Origin: Octopus bimaculoides
Taxonomy: Eukaryota
Assembly (NCBI RefSeq): GCF_001194135.2
Contig: NC_068990.1
Span: 60,554,914 to 60,600,384 of the forward strand
DNA length: 45,471 nucleotides
Direction: 5' to 3'
The position numbers and the translations under genes are program-made. The notes beneath the pieces were generated by a model. That model was not told where the DNA came from, did no database searches, and saw only the letters and a program-made list of their open reading frames with translations. Below, piece after piece: positions 23,503 through 35,874 of this stretch; the stretch's first letter is position 1, and the number at the start of each line of letters is the position of its first letter.

Positions 23503-23574
23503 GCCATCCTGTTTTTCTATCTTTAGATGTAATTTCTATCCAATGTGCCCTGCTTTTTTTTTGAAAATAGTACT

Positions 23575-23890
23575 AGACAGATGACTGAGCTAGTACAGAA
23601 CAGGTGATGCATATGAAAGATGGAAGTTGGGTAAAAACATGGCAAGTGATTTAAGAGACAGAAGAAAATCGTGGAAGATGACATGAGAAGTGGTAAAAGA
23701 TGATTTTCAGAGGCTGAAACTCATAAAGAAAATGATGATGGACCACAACATGTTGCAAGGTGTTCTGCAGGAGAAGACCTGTCCAACATATGCAAGCACA
23801 GAAAAATAAAATAAAATGACGAGGAGGAGGACCAAGATGATGACGATGATGATGATAATGATGATATTAATGATGATGACAGCAGTGGTG
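23575..23890 (+). mobile_element. RTE LINE 3' end with GAT/GAC tail
   Basis: QVMHMKDGSWVK, gaagtggtaaaagatgat (EVVKDD), gagaagacctgtccaacatatgcaagc, then (GAT)n. Confidence 0.75.
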
Positions 23891-25039
23891 ATGCTGCAAG
23901 GATAGGATTTTGAGAAAATTTGACTGCTTATTTTCTAGACTTTTGTAGATTTATTGTTATGTTCACTAAAGACAATAACAAAACAAATTTGGCCTATGAG
24001 CCAGTGGTCTGATATTTTTCTTCTAGATATTCTTGTGCTCTTTATAGTCATGTGGCTTAAACAAGAATTGGCAATAAAGATGATTTGCACAAATATCAGA
24101 AAGACATAATGTAGATAATAAAAAAAGCAGAAAAGTTCACCGAACTTGCAGTAACAAGTTCAATGAACCTGTGGTATTACTTATTTCCAAGTAATGTCAT
24201 ACTTTATTTTTAATTTCATATTGAGCCATTCCTGCATTATGATAAATGTGCATTTAAACAAAAGTACATAAATAGAGACACTAACTGACCATTCAGATGT
24301 TGATACATAGGCATTTGATTACTTATATAAAATGTTATCAATCCATGCTATGAATATGAGGAATATGTTTAAAATTATTTCAGTAACAGCATCTACAACA
24401 CTCATTCAAATCTTTCTATTGAATTTAATAATCATTTTTAATATATGGTTTTAGCCTTAACATTATAGTTTCACCAAAAGAAGCTATAGTCAGCTTTCAT
24501 TTCATCCTCACGAACATTGCCTCTACTTTAATAGTTATTTTCTTTGTTATTTTCTGGCAATAAATAACATTCCCACTTACTGCGCATATCTTTTCTGTTT
24601 TTCACTACCTACACTATGTCTTCTCTCTTACAATGTGGACTAAATAATCTAATTGGTCCTTTTTTAAAGCATTACTTATAGCAAGAAAACTTCTCAACAT
24701 GTATCAACATTTATTTATCATCTCATTTCATCACTGAAGACAAACTTTTGGAAAGAGATGTGTGAGTGTGTGTGTGTGTACAATGATATTTCTCAATGCT
24801 CATGTAGATTTTTCCTCTTAGACAACATGTGAAAATACATTGAGCTATGAATGATGTCATAAGAGTGTAGAATGCATGCATTTCTGCATTGTTACACATC
24901 ATCAGTCACAAATAACAAATTAGTCATTCACAGCCCTGTCAGAATGATAGTGCTATGATATCTTATATTAAGATCAGTAAACAGTAACTTTGATAGCATG
25001 TGGAAAGCCTAAATCGATTAATCAGTTGGTGACTCCTTG

Positions 25040-25270
25040 TCTTGACATTGTGTGATTATTGTAAATGAGTGTCACCATTGTACAAATGGTGTCGTTCATT
25101 TCTTTATAACCTTGAAAACACGATCAACGAAGGAGATATATTAACTTAATTGGAAACAGGTGAGGGTAGGTGACAGGAAGGGCATCAAACTGTAGAAAAT
25201 CTTCAATAAATTCCATATAACCCATGGGAGCATGGAAAAGTGGATGTTAAATTAATGAAAATGATGAAGA
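25040..25270 (+). mobile_element. SINE 3' part with an RTE-5'-like motif and RTE-type tail
   Basis: acaggaagggcatcaaactgtagaaa ... acccatgggagcatggaaaagtggatgttaaa...tgatga. Confidence 0.7.
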
Positions 25271-27680
25271 CACTTATTTCTTCAAAATTCTTATTCAACA
25301 GCGGAGTCACATTTTCAAAATTAATTCCATGTGTCTAACATTAGATAAGGTAGCTGAATATACTGAGTTGAATATTATCACTTTGATAGATATGCATTGT
25401 TACTGAATTTCTATGGCATTTACATAGGATAGAATACTTATGTTGATGTTAGGAGCACTTTTAGTTTTACTCTCGCATAATTATCTGTCACTACAATAAT
25501 CTGTGTGACAGTTTTGTTCAAGGTAAAATTAACTAGCAACTCTGTGCATACCACTGTTGTCATCCCTAAGAATATTAATTTCTAGATCTAGCACAAAGCT
25601 GTTCATTTTGAGAATGTGCAGTTGGCTGAATTCACCCTGGTGTATAACAAGCACTTTTATTTCATCAAGCAGAGAATGATTAAAAACTGAATTAATCTCA
25701 GCTGGGTTTAACCCCAGGACATAAAAGATATATGCAAAACTAAATACTGCAGGGAATTTTCTCTATTATTCTATGATTGCTGTCACTCCTCCACCTTACC
25801 TCCTCTCCTCCATGAATATTATTATCCAAAGATATACAGATTATTACAATAATTTCATTTTATTGTGTAGTAATATTCAAAGTTGAAAACATACAACAGG
25901 GTATGTAAATGCTACCTAAATTTATATCATGTCTCTTCCACCTTGTTTTTCTTTGAAGTAAGACTTGATCAATATTACTCTTGATGTAGAAGTTTTAGAT
26001 GGAAATGTATCTAATGTTGTTTTGAAGTCTGTTACACAAAACATTTCAATCAAGGATTCCAAATATTGATGGCAATTGCTGATGTTTAGATGCAAGTCAA
26101 CTGTAATCAAACAAACCTTTGATTTTAAAGACATCCAAACCATGGCCATCTTGTTTATCTTTCATCAATAGTGTACCCAGGTGACATTATCCAATGTGTC
26201 ATTTTGAATACTAGGATATGGTTTGAGGAAGATTTGCCTACTATCATTATTTTTTTGTATTATTTACAAGATTGTAATCAAAGATATAGATACATTCTAT
26301 ATGGGTTTCTGAAGTGTTCCTGAGAATTCTACAAAGAATAGTACTTCTAAAATTCATGAGAGTTTAATGAGATTCCAATTCCTTTTTGTAATTTAACCAA
26401 AGTATTAATAAATTCCTCTAAAATTATTCCAAGTTACTCAATATCTATTCATTTCTTGCCAACTTTTTGTTTCCCTCATTATATTGCTGACTTCACAATG
26501 GTTCTGGACAAATAAGCAACATTAATCTTCTCTTATATAGCATATACACATAAAATATACTATGTTATCAGTCTTAAGTATATTTAATATATCTTTTTAT
26601 TGATAAAATACATTTCAGAGTGACCACTTGGAAATGAAAAGAATTTGTACAATACGATTAAAATTTTAAATTATGAAATATTTTCTTTCTGGGTAATTGA
26701 AATTAATGTTTTATTTTAAAATATTGTCCTTTTCCGAAGAATGATTTGAATCTTATTCTACAATAATATAAATCGAAACTTCACGGAAGAAAATTAATAA
26801 TTTAAACATATTTACTTTCTGACACAAGTATCTTTACTTGACTGAGAATAAATATATCTCAACTCAATATTTAGTTGTTAATTTTTAGCATATATTATGC
26901 AATCAAAATTTCTTATCATACTATATAGGATTTAAGAAATTTATAAAGAATCCTGAACGCATTTAAAATGCAGGTCATTTCTTGAAAAGATATTTTCAAT
27001 TGATACTTATGCATTACACTTTAAAATTTATACTGCAAGCTTTAAGTTAGTGCAGAATCAAACAGAACACCAGTCATTGTTGCTTTGGTGGGTCGTGATT
27101 GTTTCTGATGTTATACATTGCTTTCTGAACAAAACTACTTGAATAGAAATATAAAAATTAATTTAAATTTCAAAAAGCAAAAAAAAAAAAAAAATTATAA
27201 AAGAAGATAGTTTTTATATTTTTAAGTAATTTCTGAAGAGTTATTCAAGTCATTTGGTAATCGTTCTTCATTACTATTCAAGAAAAATTGTTTGAATATA
27301 ATTTTACATTGGAAATCATGATTTAAGTGTATCGCTTTTTTGTTTTCTATTAATAAATTTTATAAGAAGTGTTTTTAAAAAGATTTTTGGATGCAACACA
27401 AGAGTATGTAGTAATCTTAAGTGTTGACCAGAAAAGAACTTCAAATTGTTAGCCTACAAGGAAGGTGTATGACATTATGAGATCAGTTTATTCAATGAAC
27501 AGTCAGACATACAATTATTATGTTTTTGTTATTTTTATTTTTCATTTTAGGTATGCAATTCCTAATACATTTGTTGTTTTTTAAAATCTAACAATTTTTT
27601 TGAAAATCATTTATTCATCTCATTCATACATACACTATATTTTGTGCAAGTTATTAATATAGATTAATATTACAATAACT

Positions 27681-28350
27681 GAAGGCAGTGAGCTAGCAGA
27701 ATCATTAGCATGCTTGGCAAAATGCTTAGCAGCATTTTGTTCCTCTTTACATTCTGAGTTCAAATTCTTCCAAGGTTGACTTTGCTTTTCATCCTTTCAG
27801 GATCAATAAAATAAGTAACAGTTGAACACTGGGCTTGATGTAATCAACTTAGTCTCTCCCCAAGAATCACTGACCTTGTGCCAAAATATGAAACCATAAC
27901 TGAAGCAGGTAAGCTGGCAGAATTGTTAGGATGCCAGGCAAAATGCGCCATGGAATTTCATCCACCTTTACATTCTAAGTTCAAATTCTGCTGAGGTCGA
28001 CATTACCTTTCATCCCTTCAGAGTTGATAAAATAAGTACCAGTTGAATACTGGGGTTGATGTAATGAACTTAACCCCTCCTCTGAAATTACTGACCTTGT
28101 GCCAAAACTTGAAAGTAATAGTACAGTAACTGAAACAGCAAGCTGGCAGAATCCTTAGCATGCCAGGCAAAATGCTTAACAGTATTTTGTCCGTCTTTGC
28201 ATTCTGAGTTCAAATTCCACCATAGTCAGTATTACTTTTCATCCTTTCAGGGTCGATAAAATAAGTACCAGTTGAACACTGGGGTGGATGTAATCAACTC
28301 ACCCTATCCCCTAATATTGCTATCCTTGGTGCCGAAATTTGAAAACAATG
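27681..28350 (+). mobile_element. Head-to-tail trimer of SINE family A
   Basis: Copies start at ~27681, 27902 and 28132. TAACTGA occurs before, between and after them. A further decayed tail/head lies at ~28690-28880. Confidence 0.93.
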
Positions 28351-29199
28351 TTATAATAACTGATAAAGTTAATATAGTAATTAGGTATTTGTGGTTATTA
28401 ATGAAAGTACAATAAACAAATGTGTTAAAATAACAACTGTTGAGATAAATAGTGTCCACAGTGAAGTGTAAATATAAAGGCTGATGAAATGTGTACAAAA
28501 GACTGAAGATAAGATTAGCTTTTAAACTTGAAATAAAATGTAATAAAAGTAATTCTTTTTAAAATCTAAGATGTATGATTGTGTTGACATTGTAGTTCTA
28601 GAAGACCATGATTGAGCTCAACCAATGTAGTGTACCTAAAAAATATACTTGATATGCAGTGCATAGCACTGATTTTTAAATGCTGACATAGAACCTGGCT
28701 TTGTGCCAAAATCTGAAACCAATATAGTGACAAATTGACAGGTAGCAAATTGACAAAACCTTTAGGGTAGTGAATAAAATGTCTGGTGATATTTGTTCTG
28801 GCTCTATGTTCTCTAAATTCTGAGTTCAAATCCTGCCAAACTTGACTTTGTATTTCATCCTATTTTGGGAGGTAGTCGATAAATAAAGTACCACTCCAGG
28901 CTGATGAATTGGCTTGGCACAATCATTAGAGCATTAGATGGGATTTATTGTATTGCTTATTCTGGTTCCTTCAACTCTGACTTAAATCCACCCCATATTT
29001 ATTCTTCTGTAGCTATTTAATGCTCCAGACTTTAAATATACTGACCCTGCTCTCCACTTCTATACTGTTTATTATGTGTCTGGCATTTCAGGATTAGTTA
29101 TATTTTCAGAATTTTTTGTTAATATGTAATGCATTGTAATAAGTTGTTATGGCTCTGCTTTGAAGGAGCTCAAGTTTAATTTTTATATTTAGGTTCATA

Positions 29200-29605
29200 G
29201 GTGCAGGTTTTAGGTTCAGTTCCTATGAATAGCACTTTGGAAAAGTATCTTCGACTACAGCCTTTGGCTGATCACAACATTCTGTGTGAATTTGTTAGAT
29301 GGAAACTGAAAGAATAGTGTGTGTGTGTGTGAGAGAGAGAGAGTGTGTATGCCTGTTTGTGTCTCCTGGTCTTGGTATCATGTGATTGTTATAAATGAAT
29401 AGTGAATGTCATTCATTTCCAATAATCTGCAAAAACATGCCTGGCCACATGTGTAAATATTTACCTTGCTTAGAAACAGATAAAGGCTGGTGGCAGGAAG
29501 GGCATCCTACCATAGAAAAATTTACCTTAATAAATGCCTTCCACTCCATGCAAGCAAGGAAAAAGAAAATTAGACATGAAAATGAAGATTGTAATGATGA
29601 TAGTG
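29200..29605 (+). mobile_element. SINE with a family B head/body and an RTE-type tail
   Basis: ggttcagttcc..gcactttggaaaagtatcttcgactacagcc..gaaactgaaagaa, then ggcaggaagggcatcc...catgcaagcaagg...gatgat. Confidence 0.75.
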
Positions 29606-29639
29606 CTCCTTAATCTAAATGTTTCCATAAATGAAAGCT

Positions 29640-29815
29640 ATTCATGGTGTTGCTTCTTATTTACTTTTGAAGGTTATGTAGTAACTTTAGCTATTAAGCC
29701 TGGTATTTATTCTCTTGGTCTCTTTTGCCGAATTGCTAAGTTACAGGGATGTAAACACATCAACATTGGTTGTTAAGTGGGGGGAGGGGACAAAGGCAGA
29801 CACAGACACATACAT
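29640..29815 (-). mobile_element. SINE family B tail fragment
   Basis: ctcttttgccgaattgctaagttacagggatgtaaacacatc...ggacaaaggcagacacagac. Confidence 0.8.
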
Positions 29816-29816
29816 A

Positions 29817-29858
<42 letters not shown>

Positions 29859-30380
29859 NNNNNNNNNNNNNNNNNNNNNNNNNNNNNNNNNNNNNNNNNN
29901 NNNNNNNNNNNNNNNNNNNNNNNNNNNNNNNNNNNNNNNNNNNNNNNNNNNNNNNNNNNNNNNNNNNNNNNNNNNNNNNNNNNNNNNNNNNNNNNNNNNN
30001 NNNNNNNNNNNNNNNNNNNNNNNNNNNNNNNNNNNNNNNNNNNNNNNNNNNNNNNNNNNNNNNNNNNNNNNNNNNNNNNNNNNNNNNNNNNNNNNNNNNN
30101 NNNNNNNNNNNNNNNNNNNNNNNNNNNNNNNNNNNNNNNNNNNNNNNNNNNNNNNNNNNNNNNNNNNNNNNNNNNNNNNNNNNNNNNNNNNNNNNNNNNN
30201 NNNNNNNNNNNNNNNNNNNNNNNNNNNNNNNNNNNNNNNNNNNNNNNNNNNNNNNNNNNNNNNNNNNNNNNNNNNNNNNNNNNNNNNNNNNNNNNNNNNN
30301 NNNNNNNNNNNNNNNNNNNNNNNNNNNNNNNNNNNNNNNNNNNNNNNNNNNNNNNNNNNNNNNNNNNNNNNNNNNNNNNN
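29859..30380. other. Assembly gap after a (TA)n run
   Basis: N run. Confidence 1.
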
Positions 30381-30491
30381 GCAGTCAAATGACTGAAACA
30401 AATAAAAGAATAAGGGTAGAAATTGATATTAATCAATTAAAACCAGTGGTCTAGCATATTAAAAAAATCCGAAGATTAAAATTATATTACA

Positions 30492-30687
30492 TACAAAAAT
30501 AAGAGGAATGACCAGCAAAAGTAGACTCCTATATGCTAGAAATAGATGCCGAATCATCTAACCACGAAGAAATATGTTCTCAGTAAAAAATTAGCGACAC
30601 AACAGACTGTAAAAGGGCAAGATGATTCGGCATCTATTTCTAGCATATAGGAGTCCACTTTTGCTGATCATTCCACTTATTTTTGTA
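30492..30687. repeat. Fold-back element: 68-bp inverted arms, 60-bp spacer, (TA)n on the right
   Basis: 30492-30559 matches the reverse complement of 30620-30687 with 3 differences. Confidence 0.95.
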
Positions 30688-30872
30688 TTATATATATATA
30701 TATATATATATATACATACACACACACTCATACAATACACACACACATACATATATGATAAATAGATAGATAGATAGATAGATAGATAGTTAGATACATG
30801 CACACATATATACATACATACATGCATACATACAAACATACATGTATGCATGCACACATACATACATACAGG

Positions 30873-31420
30873 CACAAAGCCTTGTGAGTGGATTTGGTAG
30901 ACAGAAACTGAAAGAAGCCTATCATATATATGTGNNNNNNNNNNNNNNNNNNNNNNNNNNNNNNNNNNNNNNNNNNNNNNNNNNNNNNNNNNNNNNNNNN
31001 NNNNNNNNNNNNNNNNNNNNNNNNNNNNNNNNNNNNNNNNNNNNNNNNNNNNNNNNNNNNNNNNNNNNNNNNNNNNNNNNNNNNNNNNNNNNNNNNNNNN
31101 NNNNNNNNNNNNNNNNNNNNNNNNNNNNNNNNNNNNNNNNNNNNCACAAAGCCTTGTGAGTGGATTTGGTAGACAGAAACTGAAAGAAGCCTATCATATA
31201 TATGTGTGTGTACCTGTGTTTGTGCCCCCACCATCGCTTGACGACCAATGTTGATGTGGTGACATCCCCGTAACTTAGTGGTTCATCAAAAGAGACCAAA
31301 AGAATAAGCTTACAAAAGGGGCTTACAAAGAATATGTCCTGAAGTTGATTTGTTCAACTAAAAGCAATGCTCCAGCATGGCCGCAGTCAAATGACTGGAA
31401 CAAAAAAAGAATAAAAGAAC
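30873..31420 (+). mobile_element. SINE family B 3' part spanning a probably spurious gap (N 30935-31144)
   Basis: Body and tail of family B. An identical 62 bp occurs on both sides of the gap. Confidence 0.85.
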
Positions 31421-31575
31421 AGGTTCCGTTCATTTCTTGCCTACCAAATCCACTCACAAGGTTTTGGTTGGCCTGAGGCTAGAATAGAAGACATTTGCCC
31501 AAGGTGCCACACAGTGGGACTGAACTTGGAGGCATGTGGTTGGGAAGCAAATGTATTATCATACAGTTATGCCGA
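31420..31575 (-). mobile_element. SINE family B 5' part
   Basis: ccaaatccactcacaagg...gcccaaggtgccacacagtgggactgaac. Confidence 0.85.
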
Positions 31576-32025
31576 CACCTATTACGTTGATATGAGTATG
31601 AGTTAAGAATATTACATAGAATATAACTATCTCTTCTTTACTGAAATTTGATTTTTTTTTTTAACTACATAATTTTAATAACTTTTCTTTATTTTTTTTC
31701 TTTTCACTTTCCACCTCTTTCAAGGTTTTGATGCGTCTTTATAATCAAAGTATAACTACTTGTAGAAATCATTTGTAGACTTGTCAAGCTCATCTCATAG
31801 GAATAAATTATTTTCTAGAACCTTTGATACCTGATCGTAATATAAAATTCTCAAGCATGAGCTCTTTCATTAATATCAAATAATACGTTAATCAAGGGGA
31901 TAAGTTTTAAAATAGATCATAGGAGTGCAAGATTATTCAAGATTTGCATTGGAACAGATCATTTCATTAATTCTAGTTACACATCTAATTTGTTGCTATT
32001 TTTAAAAAAAGTCTTCTTAAGTTCA

Positions 32026-32273
32026 TCATCATCATTATCATCATCATCACTTAACGTCCGCTTTCCATGCTAGCATGGGTTGGACGATTTGACTGAGGAC
32101 TGGTGAACCAGATGGCTACACCAGGTTCCAATCTGATTTGGCAGAGTTTCTACAGCTGGATGCCCTTCCTAACGCCAACCACTCCGAGAGTGTAGTGGGT
32201 GCTTTTACGTGCCACTGGCATGAGGGCCAGTCCGGCGGTACTGGCAATGGCCACGCTCGAAATGGTGTATTTT
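32026..32273 (-). mobile_element. Non-autonomous retroposon with an RTE-5'-like motif, RTE-type tail and 66-bp VNTR unit
   Basis: (CAT)n-ttaacgtccgctttccatgctagcatgggttgg...ggatgcccttcctaacgccaacc...; it runs into the gap within the VNTR unit. Confidence 0.9.
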
Positions 32274-32715
32274 NNNNNNNNNNNNNNNNNNNNNNNNNNN
32301 NNNNNNNNNNNNNNNNNNNNNNNNNNNNNNNNNNNNNNNNNNNNNNNNNNNNNNNNNNNNNNNNNNNNNNNNNNNNNNNNNNNNNNNNNNNNNNNNNNNN
32401 NNNNNNNNNNNNNNNNNNNNNNNNNNNNNNNNNNNNNNNNNNNNNNNNNNNNNNNNNNNNNNNNNNNNNNNNNNNNNNNNNNNNNNNNNNNNNNNNNNNN
32501 NNNNNNNNNNNNNNNNNNNNNNNNNNNNNNNNNNNNNNNNNNNNNNNNNNNNNNNNNNNNNNNNNNNNNNNNNNNNNNNNNNNNNNNNNNNNNNNNNNNN
32601 NNNNNNNNNNNNNNNNNNNNNNNNNNNNNNNNNNNNNNNNNNNNNNNNNNNNNNNNNNNNNNNNNNNNNNNNNNNNNNNNNNNNNNNNNNNNNNNNNNNN
32701 NNNNNNNNNNNNNNN
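32274..32715. other. Assembly gap
   Basis: N run. Confidence 1.
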
Positions 32716-32946
32716 ATATATATATACATATATATAAATACACACACACACACACACGCATGCATTGTTTTTACTTATTTACCTATATACTGAGGATTAG
32801 CTTAAAGGCTTTGCAGAATGGCTTTTGTTTTGTTTTGTTTTTTAATAGTGAGTAACAGCTGGAGGCAACCCTATTTTCTTTTTCACTTTCCTTTTTTTCT
32901 ATAAGTGAGTCACAAGACTAGATTTACTGTTTGTGTAATTCTCCAG

Positions 32947-32966
32947 ACTATGGCGTTCCTCTTCAA
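32947..32966 (+). CDS. Candidate 20-nt micro-exon (DYGVPLQ)
   Basis: Acceptor tgtttgtgtaattctccag, donor CAA|gtaatc. Phase-compatible with the flanking candidate exons. Confidence 0.25.
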
Positions 32967-33509
32967 GTAATCTTTAGCAGAAGAAAACGGCCTTCTGAAT
33001 ATTTATGAAATATTTATGAAACAAAAAATAAATAAATAAATAAATGCAAGAAATCCATCTAGAATGTATAGATATTGATTTCATTACATTTGCAATGTTT
33101 TCTGTAGAGAAATCAATATGCTGTATCAATAACTATTAGTTGCTAGCTCAATCATCACTCTAATGCTTCCATCTTATGGCCTAATCAGTATATTGTATGG
33201 ATTTCCAGAGAACAGTATAGTCTAGTTCTTAAATAGGTTGATTTCTTTTGACTAATTACAATGCCAGTTTTTGTAGGAGAAGGGCAAAGCTGATTGAATC
33301 ACAATTATTGTATTATTGGTATTTATTTTATCGACTACTGCAAGATGAAGTAAAAAAAGAGAAAAACAAAGGACTCCCTCCCGGTGGGATTTGAACTCAG
33401 AATGTAACAAAATTAAATAATGTAAGGCATTTAATCTGGCACACCATCATTTCTATGAACTTACCACCTTTTATGCTCAACCATACTGACAAATTGTTTT
33501 GTTCTGTAG

Positions 33510-33687
33510 CCTAGAATTAAGCATCAACAAGATATGAACAATTCTCATGTGAATGATGGAAAAGATAAAAAACAAATTAGCTTGCCCAATAACGTAGGCC
33601 CTAATGTGAGTGGACAAAATGTGTCTAAAGAGTTTTGGCATAATGGCTATCATGATCATCAGAATCAAGGTTCAATTCTCATGGACG
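33510..33687 (+). CDS. Candidate host-gene exon (PRIKHQQDMNN...EFWHNGYHDHQNQGSILMD)
   Basis: Acceptor ttgttttgttctgtag, 59 stop-free non-repetitive codons, donor ACG|gtacac. No homology recognised. Confidence 0.4.
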
Positions 33688-33849
33688 GTACACATTTCTT
33701 GTCTATTTTGAGTTCATGCTTGTAACTGTACATCATCATCATCACCATCATTTAATGTCCGTTTTCCATGCTGGCATGGGTTGGATGATTTAACTGAAAA
33801 CTGGTAAGCTGCACTAGGTTCCAATCTGATTTGGTATGATTTCTACAAT

Positions 33850-34290
33850 TTATTTGATCTTTTTCGCTGTTACCTGTTTCAGTCATTGGACTACAGCCAT
33901 ACTGGGGTACAGCCTTGAAGGGTTCAGTTAAGCAAATCACCCTCACTGCGTTTTTGCTTTATTTTTTAATTTTTTTTCTTTGTAAGTCTATACTTGTTTT
34001 TGTGATATTTTTTGTTTTGACAAACCACTAAGTTACAGAGATGTAAACAAACCACACCAGTTGTCTAGTGGTGGTGGGACAAACACACACACACACTCAC
34101 AAACATACACTCACACACATGCTCATACATACAATGGGGTTCTTACAGTTTTCTTTAACCAAATCCACTCACAAGGCTTTTGCCAGCCCAAGGCTACCCT
34201 GAAAGACACTTCCCCAAGGTACCACACAATGGGACTGAACCCCAAACCATGTGGTTGAGAAGCAAGCTTCTTACCACACAGCCACACAAG
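33850..34290 (-). mobile_element. SINE family B, decayed
   Basis: Reverse complement of head, body and tail. Confidence 0.85.
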
Positions 34291-34300
34291 TGCCTATTAT

Positions 34301-34528
34301 TTAACCTTTTAGCATTCAGATCACTCTGTCAGATGTAATGCTTATTTATTCATAATGTTTTGAATCAATCATGCATTAGCTCAGAGCTTCAAGATTTCAA
34401 TGATGCAATCATTTATTTTCAAAAAGATGCTGAAGGTTGGGTGTGAGAGGTTGGATCTGGTCAGTTTGAATATTACAGAGGCAGAATATTTTGGCCAGAT
34501 ATGGCTGGTCTAAATGCTAAAAGATTAA
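34301..34528. mobile_element. TTAA MITE family 1 (opposite orientation to 13825)
   Basis: TTAA|CCTTTTAGCATT...AATGCTAAAAGA|TTAA, with matching internal sequence. Confidence 0.88.
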
Positions 34529-34826
34529 TGTTTATTTTATAATCAGAAACCTTAACCTTCTGCTTTGTGCTCTACTAGTAATATTCATAGGCTCACAAAC
34601 AGAGAGCACAGGGCATGCACTGACCCTGACTTAAATTTGGCGGCGGAGTGGGGGAGGACAATGAAAATTCTTTGAACATCCTCCTGTAAAACTTTATTGT
34701 CAAAACAAATGAGCATAGAATGATTTGAAACATTACTTTTCCGTTATTCGATTTATCTGATTGGATTGATGTAAGAATATAATAATAATAATTATGATGA
34801 TTATTATTATTATTATTATTATTATT

Positions 34827-35031
34827 GCAGAAGTGATAGCATGCCAGGCAAAATGCTTAGCGGTATTTTGTCAGCCTTCACGTTCTGAGTTCAAATTCTG
34901 CCAAGATCGACTTTGCCTTTCATCCTTTCAGGGTCAACAAAATAAGTACCAGTTGTGTACTGGGGTTGATGCAATTGACTATCCCCTTCCCCCAAATTTC
35001 AGGCCTTGTGCCTAAAGTAGAAAGGATTATT
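34827..35031 (+). mobile_element. SINE family A preceded by (TAA)/(ATT)n
   Basis: B-box, central domain and tail are intact. Confidence 0.92.
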
Positions 35032-35141
35032 ACACCTGAGTTTGTTTTGATATAGAGATTGAAAAAAATTGACATTATTTATAAAATATTTTGGACTTGA
35101 GTTTGCATCCTCTAAGCAAATTCTGTTCATGCAATTATCTT

Positions 35142-35550
35142 AATATTGGTTCAAATTTTGGCACAAGGCTGGCAGTTTTAAGGGACGGGTTTAAGTTGAT
35201 TACATTAATCCCAGTGTTTAACTGGTATTATTTGATCAACCACTGGACTGACCAATGCTTTGTGAGTGGATTTGGTTAAAGGAAACTGAAAGAAACCCAT
35301 TGTATATATATATGTGTGTGTGTTTGTCCCACCACCACTAGGCAACTGGTGCTGGTTTGTTTACATCCCTGTAACTTAGTGGTCTGGCAAAAGAAATCAT
35401 TAAAATAAGTACTAGACTTTAAAAAAAAAAAAAAAAGAACGAAAGGTAAATTTGACTTCAGCAGAATTTGAACTCAGGATGCAAAGACAGACGAAATGCA
35501 GCTAAGCATTTTGACCAGCATACTAACAATTCTGCCAGCTCATTGCCTTG
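35142..35550 (-). mobile_element. SINE family A interrupted by a plus-strand family B fragment (~35253-35438)
   Basis: The A tail at 35142-35250 and the A head at 35440-35550 flank the B body and a poly-A run. Confidence 0.85.
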
Positions 35551-35874
35551 TATAAATATAATCATAATTATTATTACACCTGTATTTGTTTTGATATTAA
35601 GATTGAAAAAAATCGACCTTGCTTGTAAAAAATGTTGAACCTGAGTTTGCACCTACTAAGCAAATTTCATTCCTGTACTTATTCTAATATCAATATTTTA
35701 CTATTTTCTTTAATTAATTGAAGTAATTATCTCAACACAGTATTAGAAACTCAATTAGAGAAGAATTAATCTGCCTACCATTACTAGACGTACTACTTAT
35801 GATTGTCTTTACTTCACCAAATAATTAAGGTGAAGCTAACAGGAGGTTTCTTCATGGATTCTGCCAAATAATAA

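Noticed and set aside
25922-26149. 75-aa minus-strand ORF that looks protein-like
   Set aside because: No usable acceptor in frame, stops in all frames just upstream, no recognisable motif.
8636-30687. Hammerhead cores inside the three fold-back arms
   Set aside because: Partial look-alikes (atgaaga..aagac; gatgccgaat) lack a complete CUGANGA/GAAA/NUH arrangement.
30873-31206. Identical 62-bp direct repeat flanking the 210-N gap
   Set aside because: Exact identity at both gap edges is typical of unmerged overlapping contig ends, not a biological duplication.
29741-32855. Long ORFs (80-231 aa) in the ORF track
   Set aside because: They are mostly X residues from N-gaps plus microsatellite translation.
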